Position numbers and translations under genes: made by a program. 64,000 nucleotides of DNA from Octopus sinensis (taxonomy: Eukaryota), in contig NC_043005.1 in NCBI RefSeq assembly GCF_006345805.1, positions 49,910,001 to 49,974,000 on the forward strand, in the 5' to 3' direction. Of the stretch, positions 51,901 to 64,000 are shown piece after piece; position 1 is the first letter of the stretch, and the number at the start of each line of letters is the position of its first letter. A model generated the notes under the pieces. That model had not been told where the DNA came from. It saw nothing but the letters and a program-made list of their open reading frames with translations, and did no database searches.

Positions 51901-52039
51901 ACCTGCAGCTTGCCCAACATAACTGGAAACACCTATGCTTTCTTCATGATGATGAAAGTTCTTGATCACCTGTCTGAGCTATCTCTGTAGGCCATTTGGA
52001 GTGGCAAGAATGGAGACACATGTCATTCAGCTGCCTTAA

Positions 52040-52260
52040 CCCTTTCGTTACCAACACGGCCAAAACCGGCTCTGGCTCTGTAATACAAATGTCTTGTTTT
52101 CATAAGTTTTGAATTAAAATATACCACCAAACTTTAGTCACAATTTATGTTCCTAACACTAGCTGAATGATAACTAAGTTATTTTACTAAATTCTTTGTT
52201 ATATTTAAAGTAATTGAAAGAAACACAGAGCATCTCAAAATAAATACAGTAACGAAAGGG
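52040..52260. mobile_element. piggyBac-type MITE (221 bp)
   Basis: TTAA on both sides; perfect 12-bp TIR CCCTTTCGTTAC/GTAACGAAAGGG. Confidence 0.9.
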
Positions 52261-52774
52261 TTAACATTCTGCAATTAATTACTGCCAAAAGTGACCTTTT
52301 ATAGGGCACAAGAAGAAGATTCTAGAAGATTGAATCATGTGATAGCTTCATGCTGATTGGTTAGTTAATAAGCCAATCATGTGAAGCTATGATTGTTTGC
52401 TTGTGATGTCTGACTGCATATCAAGGGATTCAGGCTTGAATCTTCACTACAAACGTATCTTTAGATTGGAGGCCTGACCTTCAATGCTTGTAATAGTGTA
52501 GACTTTACAACAAAGATACTCCTGAACATAAACGCCTGGTAGTGGCTGTAACTTGGGCAACAAATTATATCTGCTACCCAGGAATAAGAATACTCCTTCC
52601 AACAAACTTCCAATCTGCTTCCTTTGACCAAATTGCTTTCTTGAACCAAATTGCTTCCTTCTACCAAAATTCACTTCCTTTGGAACAAGATGTTTGGTTA
52701 TGCAGTGAAAATGAACCTGAAATCACATAGGTTTCTAAACATACACATATGCCTAAGTCCATTAATATATTCTA

Positions 52775-53455
52775 ATAATAATAATAATAATAATGATAAT
52801 AATAATAATAATAATAATAAAACATTGTGTACAGTGCTCAGGTGCACTACAACTCATCTAAAGTGTATGTATAGTACATAGGGTAATGTACAAGCATCAG
52901 GAAAAGAACAGTGCATGAGTCATGACATACACATATGTGTATGAGTATGGAAGGGGGACAATCAGGTGTAGTTTCGGCGGATTTCGGAAAGCATGAGGGC
53001 CTTAAAGGATGCAGTGTCATGGCAGTCAACAACTGACGCAGGCAGTTTGTTCCATGCTTCAGCAACTCTGAGCGTGAAAAAATGTTTCTGAAAGTCATGG
53101 GAGCTGTGCTGTTTTCTGACTTTGTAGGCATGTCCACGTGTTATGGACACATGGAAATCAAAAAGGGGTTCAGTGTTGTTGTTGGTGAGGTGGTTGATAA
53201 CATTGTGGGTGTTTACCAAGTCCATCGCCAGACGCCGGAGCTTCAGTGAATCCATGCCCAGGGAAACAAGGCGCTCAGAGTATGGTAGGTGTCTGATGGA
53301 GGGTATGCATTTAGTTGCACGTCTCTGAACAGATTCCAGGAGGTCAATGTTCTGAGCAAGATAGGGGTTCCAAACTGATGATGCGAATTCCAAGTGTGGT
53401 CGTACCATAGCTGTATACAGCTTTAAATAGATGGCTGGAGAGCGGCTAACAATTA
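52775..53455 (-). mobile_element. CR1-clade LINE 3' end with intact terminal ORF segment and (ATT)n tail
   Basis: LYTAMVRPHLEFASSVWNPY..LESVQRRATK..YSERL..L..SLKLRRLAMDL..TRGH..FFTLRVAEAWNKLP (52962-53408), then a 3' UTR and (ATT)n. Confidence 0.92.
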
Positions 53456-54104
53456 TTATAAAATACTGTAAATTTAGAATTATTCCAATAGTGTTGCCAT
53501 TTAGATTACATGCAATCTCTCTTTATGTCAACGTTACATTAATTTAGTATTACCAAATCTATTGCAATGAGCAAGAAAAAATATGACATGGTACTGAGGA
53601 AGGGATAGCATCATCTCAATGACAATATTAGCTCAAACGATGTTTGAACTAATATTATCTATTTCTTATTGCATAATTTTCTTTTCTAATTTGGTTTATG
53701 ATCCTCATTACTTTAAATATACTGAAAAAAACTTAACTGTTAATTTTTGCGCAGATGGTGCAGAATTGGCTGTATGGTTAATAAGTGTGCTTGCCAAGCA
53801 TATGATTTGAGGTTCAGTCCCATTATGTGAAGACTTGGGCAAGTACCTTCTACTATAGCTCTAGGCTGATCAAAGCATTGTGAGTGGTTGACAGAATCTG
53901 AAAACTCATCATATATTATGTGTGTATATATATACCTTCCAGGTATCATGTATCCCAAAAAGAAGCACTCTCTAAAACATAGAATTTCAGGTTTAGAGTT
54001 TGATTAGCCATCCATGGGGCAAGCCCTTCATGGATGTGAAACCATTGGTTACTCTGTGAACGGACATAGACTTAACTGCATAAAATATATATATATATAT
54101 ATAC

Positions 54105-54162
54105 CCTTTATTCCTTTGGAATGAAACCATGTGGTATTCGAAACATATGTCGAGAGTAAAGG
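54105..54162 (+). ncRNA. Degenerate hammerhead-like motif (third family)
   Basis: The right half is canonical: GAAAC-ATAT-GTC with palindromic ACATATGT. Stem II is GAA.ACC/GGT.TTC and stem I is CCTTTATTCCT vs GAGAGTAAAGG. The left core has decayed to TTGGAA. Confidence 0.5.
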
Positions 54163-54203
54163 AATTTTGTTAACATCTTCGTTCGACTCCATTCTTTCAT
54201 TTA

Positions 54204-54275
<72 letters not shown>

Positions 54276-54884
54276 CATACATACATATACATATGCATAT
54301 ATGTGTGTGTATTCTTGTCTTAATCTAATGTAAATGAATGATATTTATTTCCATTATTCTGCAAAAATGTCTAGCTGAGACATTATCTTGATTGAGAACG
54401 GGTAAGGGTTGGTGACAGTGAGGGCATCGAATTGTAGTAAATCTGAATATACTTCGTCTGATCTATGTAAGCATGGAAAAGTGGACATAAAAAAAGTTTT
54501 AAAAAATCAAAGATGATGATGATGATGGTATCTCAGAGTAATTAACCTGAGTATTTATCATGCATTTAGTAATTTATTTTACATTTATTACACATTTCTT
54601 TGTAAAAATGAACCAAAGTTCTGTGCCAAGTCAACCCTTTTGTACATGCAGGGTTAACTTGTTCCAAATTCATTGAAACAGGGTTGAATTCAACCCTTAG
54701 ATTTATGGAAACTGGTTTGAGTTCAATTTTGGATTCACTTTGAATAATGTGAATTTGAATACTTTTATGGGCATACATAGAGCATTCTAGAAGTATTAAG
54801 ATTTTTTAGGAGAGGTGGTGCTAACTGTCCTAGGTTATTGCAATTTTAATATATCATTACTATACATCTAATAAACTGGCTTAA

Positions 54885-55108
54885 TCTTTTACTCTTTTAC
54901 TTGTTTCAGTCATTTGACTGTGGCCATGCTGGAGCACCACCTTTAGTTGAGCAAATCAACCCCAGGACTTATTCTTTGTAAGCCTAGTACTTATTCTATT
55001 GGTCTCTTTTGCTGAACCGCTAAGTTACAGGGACGTAAACATACCAGCATCGGTTGTCAAACGATGTTGGGGGGACCAAACACAGACACACAAACATATA
55101 CAGACATG

Positions 55109-55142
<34 letters not shown>

Positions 55143-55435
55143 TTATTTAAAAGCAGCAGAATAAAGCATATTACTCTACCCCTGGTATTTGAGTACTCTT
55201 TTTTCCACCTTGTTTCATATTTATGTGTTTACTCCGGTATATATATATTTATATATATATATATATACACACATATATACGATGGGCTTTTTTCAGTTTC
55301 TGTCTACTAAATCCACTCACAAGGCTTTGATTGGCCCGAGGCTATAGTAGAGAACACTTGCCCAAGGCGCCATGCAGTGAAACTGAACCTGGAACCATGT
55401 GGTTGGTAAGCAAGCTACTTACCACACAGCCACTC
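54885..55435 (-). mobile_element. Family A SINE with an internal insertion
   Basis: Body split by about 110 bp (55140-55250) inside its TA microsatellite. Confidence 0.8.
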
Positions 55436-55479
55436 CGATGACTTGCCAACAATTTTTTTTTTATTCCAGATTGAAGGGG

Positions 55480-56458
55480 ATGGTTATAAAAACACTTTCA
55501 ACACACTCTGATAAACACTGATTGTCACAGCTGATTAGTTTGCAGAATGCAGTCAGGATTTGAAAACAATTTGGACGCTTGCTATGCAATAAAGTTTTGT
55601 ATAAAATTGGGCAAAAGTGCTACAGACACTTATGAAATGCTCCAGACTTCTTATGGATTAACTTGTATGAGCCAAGCATCCGTTTTTGCTGGTACAAGAG
55701 GTTCAAGGACAGCATAGAAGAAGTGAATGATGAGAGGTGTGGGAGGGAGAGGAACATCAGAAGAACTGGTTGAATAAATTCACAATTTTCTGCATAAGGA
55801 TCATTGTGTCTATAAGGACTGGTGTGGCAAATGTACAGAGAATTATTCATGAAGACCCGAACAAGCTCAAAAAGAAAGATACTTTGGTGACAGCAGGGAG
55901 ATGGTTGAGCTCATTACCTTTCAATCCAAGAGTACTCGAGTCTCTGGTGATCTGTGACAAAAGCTGGATCTACTGTTATGATCCAGAGACCAAGAGTCAG
56001 AGTGTTCAATGGAAGCATTCTGGTTCCCCCCAGACCAAAGAAGGTCAGACAAAGCATGTCCACCAGGAAGCTCACGATAATTCCCTTTTTTGATAGTTAA
56101 GGCATCATTTACATCCAGTGGGTTCCCTCTGGCCAGACAGTCAACAAAGAGTATTTTGTAAAGATTTTGAGGGAGTTCAGAAAGGGATTTCACCACAAAA
56201 GGCACCGCTCGATTTGTAGCTTGCACCAGGACAATGCACCAGTCCACTCTTCCATTCTGGTAACCAATTACTTGATAGATATGGACATCAAAACTGTCCC
56301 TCACCCTCCCTATAATCTACATTTTGCTCCCTGCAGCTTTTTGCTTTTCCCAGAGCTGAAGGAAACTATGACAAAGGTCCTGGACATTTTCACTTTGGAG
56401 GGCTTCTATAGCGGGGGATGTTTCCCAAAATCTCAAAACTTTTGGAATGCACCTTGTA
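55480..56458 (+). pseudogene. Decayed mariner transposon
   Basis: YAIKFCIKLGKSATDTYEML; VICDKSWIYCYDPETKSQSVQWK; HQDNAPVH; VPHPPYNLHFAPCSFLLFPELK; right TIR-like end AAAACTTTTGGAATGCACCTTG|TA. Confidence 0.9.
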
Positions 56459-58822
56459 ACTAGGAGAGTGATGGGGTCCTACAACTTACTCTTTTAGTTT
56501 CAGCAACAGACTTTATCCCTCCTAATGAAAAAAACTCTAAAGGAAGTCCTAAAGAAGTTTAATATATTGCTCTTAGACAAATGGTGAACCTGCGACATCA
56601 TTTAGCAGAATTCCATACAGTTACAGTTTGTTGTCATTGTCATCATGATCACCAACATCATTATTTAACTTCCACTTTTCCATGCTCACATGGGTCAGAC
56701 AGGGTTTGCTGAGGTTGATTTTCCATGACTGGATGCCTTTCCTGTCACTGAACCTCACCTTTTTTCCAAGTAAGTTAATAATGACAAGACATATTTCCAT
56801 GAAAGATTGGAAACAAAGGACACCACCATGAAGGTGACACTCGTTTACAACAATCACATGATGTGAAGGAAAGGAGACATTAACACATACATATACATAC
56901 ACACACACACACACTCACACTCACATGACATGTTTCTTTTAGTTTCCATCTGCCAAATCCTCTCACAAGGCTTTGGTCAGCCTGGGACCATAGTAGAAGA
57001 AATATGCTCAAAGTGCCATACATTGGGACTGAACCTGGAATCATGTGGTTGGAAAGCAAACTTCTTTCCACACAGCCACAGATTATGACAAGATTTTGTT
57101 ACTCTTACTAAAGGAGTTGACAGGTAATTTTAAGGAGAAGTACACATTGAATGAAAAGAAACAAAACCTGAAGTCAATCCTGGTTGGATATGAACACTAC
57201 ATCATTCTCTTAAACTTCCCTTATCACTTCCTGTAGTATTACTCCTTTACTATAGATCCTTAATTGCATTCTTACTTACAACCAGATACTCCTTCTTTGC
57301 TTTTCAATAATTGGATGAAGAGCAAAGGCCCTTGCAGGTAATTGGTGATAGTTGTAAAGTGACGTTGTGATGATGCGGTGAGAGTGATGATAGGTAAAGG
57401 TTGAGAGAGAGGTCAGTGAGATGGATGAAGTGGGGAGAAAGACAAATGACTCATCATCACCATCATCATCATCATCATTCAATGTCCTTTTTCCATACTG
57501 GTATTGGTTAGATAGTTTAACAGGAACTGGTAAGTTGGAGGGCTCCGGTTGTCTGTTTTGGTATGGTTTCTACAGCTGCATGCCCTTTCTAATGCCAACT
57601 GCTTTATATGGTGTACTCAATGCTTTTTTACACGGTGATGGCACAGGTGTCTTTTTATGTGGCACCAGGACATGTTCTCTGTATGTGGTGCTGGCACAGG
57701 TACTTTTTATGTGATGGATGGCTGGGTACTTTTAAGTGGCACCGGCAAGGAATGACAAAAAACTGAAAGAGGCAATACATCAGCCCAGGCAGAAAAAGCA
57801 GATGGTGTTGGAGCGGTTAGAGAAAGTGAGTGGGGGAATGAAAACTGAGAGGAAGTGAAAGACAATGATAGTCTACACCAGTCATGGACAAACTGTGTGG
57901 GGACTTTCTGAATAGAACACTTAATAAAAAAATTACCTTCAAGTCTTTTAGTAGTGTGACTCATCTGATGATGATTCATTTTTCTTGTGGCTTCCTTTGC
58001 AAAAAAGGCTGCCATGCATGGTCTACTCCCAGAAAATTATTTAAGAATATTTAAATAAAAGGCACTCCTAGAATTCTATCTAGAAACAGCTGCTCTGGAT
58101 GTAGAAGGCATGTGGCCAAGTGGTTAGGGTATTTGGCTCATGATTGTAAGGTTGTGAGTTCAATCCCCAGCAGTATATTGTGTCCTTGAGCAAAGTACTT
58201 AATTTTATGTTGCACCCATCCACTCAGCTGGCAAAAATAAGTTGCATTAGTATCTCAAAGGGTCAGCCTTGTTACACTTTGTGTCATGCTCAATCTTCCT
58301 GAGAACAATATTAAGGGTCCACTTCTCTGTGAATGTTAACTTCACGAGCAGGCTGTTCTGTTGATTGGATCAACTGGAACCCTTGTTACCATAACTGATG
58401 GAATGCCACTCTTTTTTGTAAGACACAAGGAATTTTCTTTCTCTTCACTCCTGATTGCTAAACTACAAATGCTCTTTATAGCAAAAAAAAAAACAAGCAA
58501 AAAAAACAACAAAAAAAATAACAAAGCAAAATGAAAACACATTCTGTGAATTTTCTTTAAACTGTAATTATTTTCCAGCTTTTAGAAATACACTGTGTCA
58601 TAAAATGTTTATTAAAATATTTCAGGTTATATCTTCTTTATCTTTTACTTATTTCACTCATTAGACTGTGGCCATTCTGGGGCACCACCTTGAAAAATTT
58701 TAGTCAAACAAATGTACTCATTTTTTAAAACTCTGGTACTTATATTAGACTCTTTTGCAAAACTGCTAAGTTACAGGTACATGAATATACCAATACCAGT
58801 TGTCAAGTGGTGGTAGGGGATG

Positions 58823-58867
<45 letters not shown>

Positions 58868-60194
58868 CAAGCTTTTTTGAGTTTCTGCCCACCGATTCTA
58901 TTTGTAAGGTTTTGGTTGGCTCAAGGCCATAGCAGAAGACATTTGGCCAAGTGGCCATGCAGTGGGACTGAACCCAGAACCATGTTGAGAAGCAAATATC
59001 TTACCACAGCTAAACCTGCTGAAGATTTCTAAAAAGAATGAAATAATGCTGTACATGATTACCACTGACTAGAAATTTTAAGAATTTCATAATAAGTGTA
59101 TTTCTGTAAATCTTTCTTAATTTCAAATTCAAAGTCCTAATCCTGCAAAATTTATGAAGAAATGATTGTCTCCCTTGTATTAACTGTCCACAAGGAATGG
59201 TACATGCTAGAATTCTAAATTTATAAAGTGAAGGAGAGGTGATGAACCTCTTTGTGGCTTCGCTCACTTCTTATCATTAAATACTTTACATGATCATCAT
59301 CGTTTAGATGTCCACATTTCGATGCTTGCAAGAGTTGAATGGAATTTATTGAGACAGATTTTTCTATGGCTGGATGCCAGTCTTTTTGCAAACCCTTACT
59401 TGTTTCCAAGCAAGGTAATATTTCTCCCATGGTCAGACATGTTTTAAAAGAAGAATGGAAATGAATAACACTCACAACTATCATGTGATGTCAAGGCAAA
59501 GAGACAGCAACACACACACACGTACATTTATATATCTTATATGTATTCTTTTATTTGTTTCAATTATTTGACTGTGGCCATGCTGGAGCACTGCCTTTAG
59601 TTGAAAAAATCGACCCCAGGACTTATTCTTTGTAAGTTAGTACTTATTCCATTGGTCTCTTTTACTGAACTGCTAAGGTACGGTGACGTAAACATACCAG
59701 CATCAGTTGTCAAGCAATGGTGGGGGTACAAACACACATGCACACACACACACACACATACAACAGGCTTCTGTCAGTTTCCATCCACCAACCCACTCAC
59801 AAGGCTTTGGTCAACCCAAGGTCATAGTAGAAGACACTTGCCCAAAGTGCCACACAGTGGGACTGAACCTGAAACCATGTGGTTGGTAAGCAAGCTACTT
59901 ACCACACAGCCACTCCTGCACCTGTATGTGTGTGTATATATATATATGTATGTATGTATGTATCATCATCATCATCATTTAATGTCTGTTTTACTTGCTG
60001 GCACAGGTTGGATGGTTTTGCTAGTGGTGGCAAGCTGGAAAGCTGCACCAGGTTTCAGTTGACTTTTACGGTTGGATGCCTTTCCCAATGCCAACCATTT
60101 TACAGAATGTACTGGGTGCTTTTTACATATTACTGGTACAAGTACTTATTACACGGCACAGGACTGATAGAGTCATTGAGTAACATACAATACA

Positions 60195-60620
60195 AAACCC
60201 ACTAACCACATATGAATCGTTGGTGATTTTCTTCCTCTGTCTTCCCTTCTACTGGACTCTCCTCTGTTTCCAAAGAAGAGCACTTGCTCAAAACATTAAA
60301 CCATCTTTCTTTCCTTTCCTGAGCATTTGCTAACACATTACATGTGCAACATCCTTGCGTTGTTTTTTGTGTTTGTTCTTTTTGGATTTACTATGTATAT
60401 ATATATATATATATATATACTGCATGTGTATCATTGGCGATTGTATTCCTCCCTTTTCCCTTCCTTGGATCTTTCCTTTTCCTATGTTTCTGACGAAGAG
60501 CTCCACTTGAAACATTAATCCTCCTTCTTTCTTTCCTTTCCTGAGTGTCCAATAACACTATACTTGTTCCATGTTCTCGCATTGTTGTGTTTTCTCTTTG
60601 TGTTTTTATGTTTGGATTAA
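60195..60620 (+). mobile_element. Two tandem, related PLE-tail-like units, each with a decayed hammerhead
   Basis: GTTT-CCAAAGA-A-GAGCacttGCTC-AAAAC-ATT-AAAC (60266-60301) and GTTT-CTGACGA-A-GAGCtccACTT-GAAAC-ATT-AATC (60486-60520); shared downstream CTTTCCTTTCCTGAG..TTGTT..GGATT.ACT-(TA)n. Confidence 0.7.
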
Positions 60621-60629
60621 CTATATATA

Positions 60630-60890
60630 TATGTGCCTGTGGCACGTAAAAAACACCATCCAAGTGTGGCTGTTCACCAGCCTCGTCTGGCACCTGTGTC
60701 GGTGGCACATAAAAAGCACCACTACACTCACGGAGTGGTTGGCGTTAGGAAGGGCATCCAGCTGTAGAAACACCGCCAGATCTGACTGGCCTGGTGCAGC
60801 CTTTGGGCTTCCCAGACCCCAGTTGAACCGTCCAACCCATGCTAGCATGGAAAACGGACGCTAAACGATGATGATGATGATAATGATATA
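60630..60890 (+). mobile_element. Family D repeat (young copy)
   Basis: GGCACGTAAAA..TTGGCGTTAGGAAGGGCATCCAGCTGTAG..(GAT)n tail. Confidence 0.8.
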
Positions 60891-61009
60891 TATATATATA
60901 TCATCATCATCATCATCATCAGTAGTTAATATATCCCAAAAAGAAGCGCACTTTAAAGCAGTAGAGCAGTAATACATTTTTTAGGAAGTTAAAAGTTATG
61001 GCCAATCAC

Positions 61010-61640
61010 AGTGTGATCATTGTTTTGCACCAATAAAACACTTAACTGTATAGGCAACTCATCAGGCTCAAATGGCTGAAGGTGCATAACCTCTCTACAA
61101 CTGGAGGAAGAAATATGTAAGAGTCAGTTGGTTTTGTAAACAAAAATAATTGTCCATGCTGTAGTTAGCAGGACGGGGTTATCCCCCTTACATTGGCGCT
61201 GACCATGGTGATATTCAAAGGAGCTGTGACAGGACTATTCAATGAATGGGGAGTTCCAAGTCTGAGGTTTTATTTGAGGGCATTGATTGAATACTTCTTT
61301 CCTGGAGTTTAAAAAGGTTCCTGGGTCGAGTGAGTTTTTTTAGCCAAGCAAAGCTTACATTGTTTGCTCCCATTTATATATGCCCCTCGTTCAAGGAGCC
61401 TTCATTTAATTATGAATGGGGCTGGCTGAGGACATGATGATGAACTTTTCCATTATTCTAAAAGAGGATATGTGGTTGATCAGATGTTGCTTAAATAGGT
61501 GTGTAGTTGAACCAACATATTTTCGAGCCTGTGTATTGGATATGCTACCACTGCCAATGCTTATTTTGTTAACTCCGAGTCTGATGTTGTTGTTGTTGCT
61601 GAAGTTGCTGCTGGTGCTGATATTCCATGATGACATGGAT
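61010..61640 (-). pseudogene. Decayed Penelope GIY-YIG endonuclease fragment with 3' UTR
   Basis: KYVGSTTHLFKQHLINHISSF, then CKLCLAKK and LNSRKEVFNQCP in shifted frames. Confidence 0.7.
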
Positions 61641-61940
61641 AGCTAGAAATAGCTGTTATAAAACCTTCAGATCATGCTAGCTGGGAAAAGTTTTGAACAC
61701 AGGTCTACTCGATCAAAGATGACCTAGAGTTTGCATAACAATGATATGAGATGTCTTCCCATGTTCATGTGACTTACTAAAAATAGCAACCAAATCTCCC
61801 TCATATAACACTAGCTGGAAGGCAATGAAGAAGGCTGCTATGTGTTTATTTGAATTAATAGAAAGAACAACTAAATCTCCCTCAAATCACACTGGCTACA
61901 AGATTATTAACCTGTGGCTAAAGAACAATAAGACCGAGTA

Positions 61941-62508
61941 CAGTAGACTGCCACTAATCTGGTAACCTGTAATCCAGAAAAGTCAGTAAGCTGACACTAA
62001 TTTCAGCTGGGAAAATTTCAAATAATTTCAAATTTCCTGGATCGCCCTGCACCGACTGGCTGCCCTGCTTTGTTGGTGCTACTTGCTGCATAAACACCCT
62101 CGCATCATTTGTAAATAAAAGCAGGCCTTTCCAGTTTGTATTTTTTTCATTTATTATCATACCTTTTTTACTTTTAGCCCTAGTCATGGTTCCAATGCAT
62201 AAAGGAAGTACTTCTCAGAGTGTAAAGCGTAAACACCATACATTGTCCATAGTTGAGCTGTTGAAAAAACTTGACAGCAGTGTGTCTGTGAAAAAATTGT
62301 GTGAATTATATAACGTTGGATTTTCAACAGTTTATGACATTTCAAAAAAAGAAAAAAACACAGAAAGACTCTGTGTTACTCTGCTTTTTTGGCTAATATT
62401 GAGTCAAAGAAGGAAAGCAATGAAGGCTGGTAAAATTGATAATCTGGTAAAATCACTAATCTGGCATTCTCCAGGTTCCAACAATGCCAGATAATCGGCA
62501 ATTAACCG
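61941..62508 (+). mobile_element. Internally deleted pogo/Tigger-like element (568 bp)
   Basis: TA on both sides; imperfect ~22-bp TIRs CAGTAGACTGCCACTAATCTGG / CCAGATAATCGGCAATTAACCG; CENP-B-type HTH KRKHHTLSIVELLKKLDSSVSVKKLCELYNVGFSTVYDI. Confidence 0.85.
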
Positions 62509-63389
62509 TATGACAATAAAAATAAGGTTTGTCATAGTGGAATATCACCATCCCTCCTCCTCCTCCTCATCATCATCATCATTGTCATCATCAACAACAA
62601 CAGCAATAAAATAAACAACAATATATATATTTTTTGGTTGAGTTAGTTTATTTCTTTGGCCCACTTCAGTATTTATTTATTTATTTATTATTTTTTTCTT
62701 TTTTAACTTGTTCATTTTTTTTTTCTTCTCAGACAATATTCAAATAAGGTTTTTGTCTCTGTTGTGAGGGAAATTCTAATATCTGAATCAATGATAATAA
62801 TAATAATAATAATAATAGTAATAATGATAATAGTAATAATAATAAAAATTCAAAATAAATACATAACCAAAAAAAAACATTGAAAAAATAAAATAACATG
62901 TAGTCAATTCAATTGGAATGTCTCAGCATAAAAAAATGAAGGGTCTTTCCTTATTTTCCACCTCATCCTTCAACTTCTTTCACTTGCATCATCGTTCTAC
63001 CACTGTCTCCATCATTTCTTTCTACCCTCCATTTTTTCACCCCCCAACCCATTGATTCTCCCGTAAATACTCTTCAGCCTTTCTCCTTTTGTTCATTCAA
63101 ATGTTTCTTATCCTCTTCCTCCACCTCCAATTCGAACCACTTTTCTTTATTTATTTACTTCCGTCATCTGCCTCATCATCACATTTCCTCCTACTCTCAC
63201 TCTCGCACTCTCTGACTCTCTATCTATCTATCTATCTATCTATCTGTCTGTCTGTCTATCTGTCTGTCTATGGCAATCTCTGTGTATCATTCTTTAATTC
63301 TCTCTCTCTTTTTTTGTTTTTGTCCTTACATCACTTGATTTTTGCATTTTGATTAATAACTTTTCAAATTGCTGCATACATATTCATAA

Positions 63390-63404
63390 CATTCATTAGT
63401 ATAT

Positions 63405-63444
<40 letters not shown>

Positions 63445-64000
63445 ATATCTATATATATATATCTATATATATATCAATATATATATAATATATATATATA
63501 TACATATATACATATATATATATACATATATATATACATATATATATATCAATATATCAATATATATATACACACACATGTATATGCATGTGTGTAAATG
63601 TATATATGTCCTTAGACATATAATATATATATATATGTATGTGTGAGTATCAATCCAATAGACATGAGTGTGAATATGTATCTTCATATGAATATATATT
63701 TATACACACATACTTACACATATCCATACATATATATATGTATGTATATATGTATGTATGTGTATATATAATATATATATATATAATATATATATATTAT
63801 ATATATATATATATATCTGTAGCTAGATGTATATGAATGTGTACATATAGATATATGTATATTATGTACATAAATATATGAATATATATATGTACACAGA
63901 AATACATAATACATATATGTATATATAGGTATATACAAAATACATACATACATATATATGTATATATATGTATGTATGTATGTGTGTATGTATGTGTGTA
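63390..64000. repeat. TA/TATG-rich degenerate microsatellite field
   Basis: Direct reading. Confidence 0.9.

Overview
This is an AT-rich, repeat-saturated eukaryotic window, almost certainly intergenic or intronic. The SINE and microsatellite landscape looks like a coleoid cephalopod (Octopus-like); that is an inference from recognised repeats, not a database result. I found no host protein-coding gene I can support. Nearly all track ORFs are translations of microsatellites or SINEs. The recognisable coding pieces are transposon fossils: several Tc1/mariner/pogo elements, a Helitron PIF1-like helicase, RTE, CR1 and Tx1/L1-type LINE fragments, and several Penelope-like element (PLE) fragments. 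One PLE fragment is an 843-nt ORF ending in a GIY-YIG endonuclease. There are dozens of SINE copies from about four families and a 100-N gap at 23403-23502. The main hidden signal is a set of small type I hammerhead ribozyme (HHR) motifs from about four PLE-associated families. Two arrangements stand out. (i) A Penelope 3' end carries a tRNA-like Pol III promoter between the endonuclease stop codon and an HHR; the same tRNA-head+HHR unit also occurs alone as a TSD-flanked SINE. (ii) A Penelope endonuclease ORF is bracketed by ~341-bp near-identical inverted repeats, each with a long-stem-II HHR. SINE boundaries are approximate.
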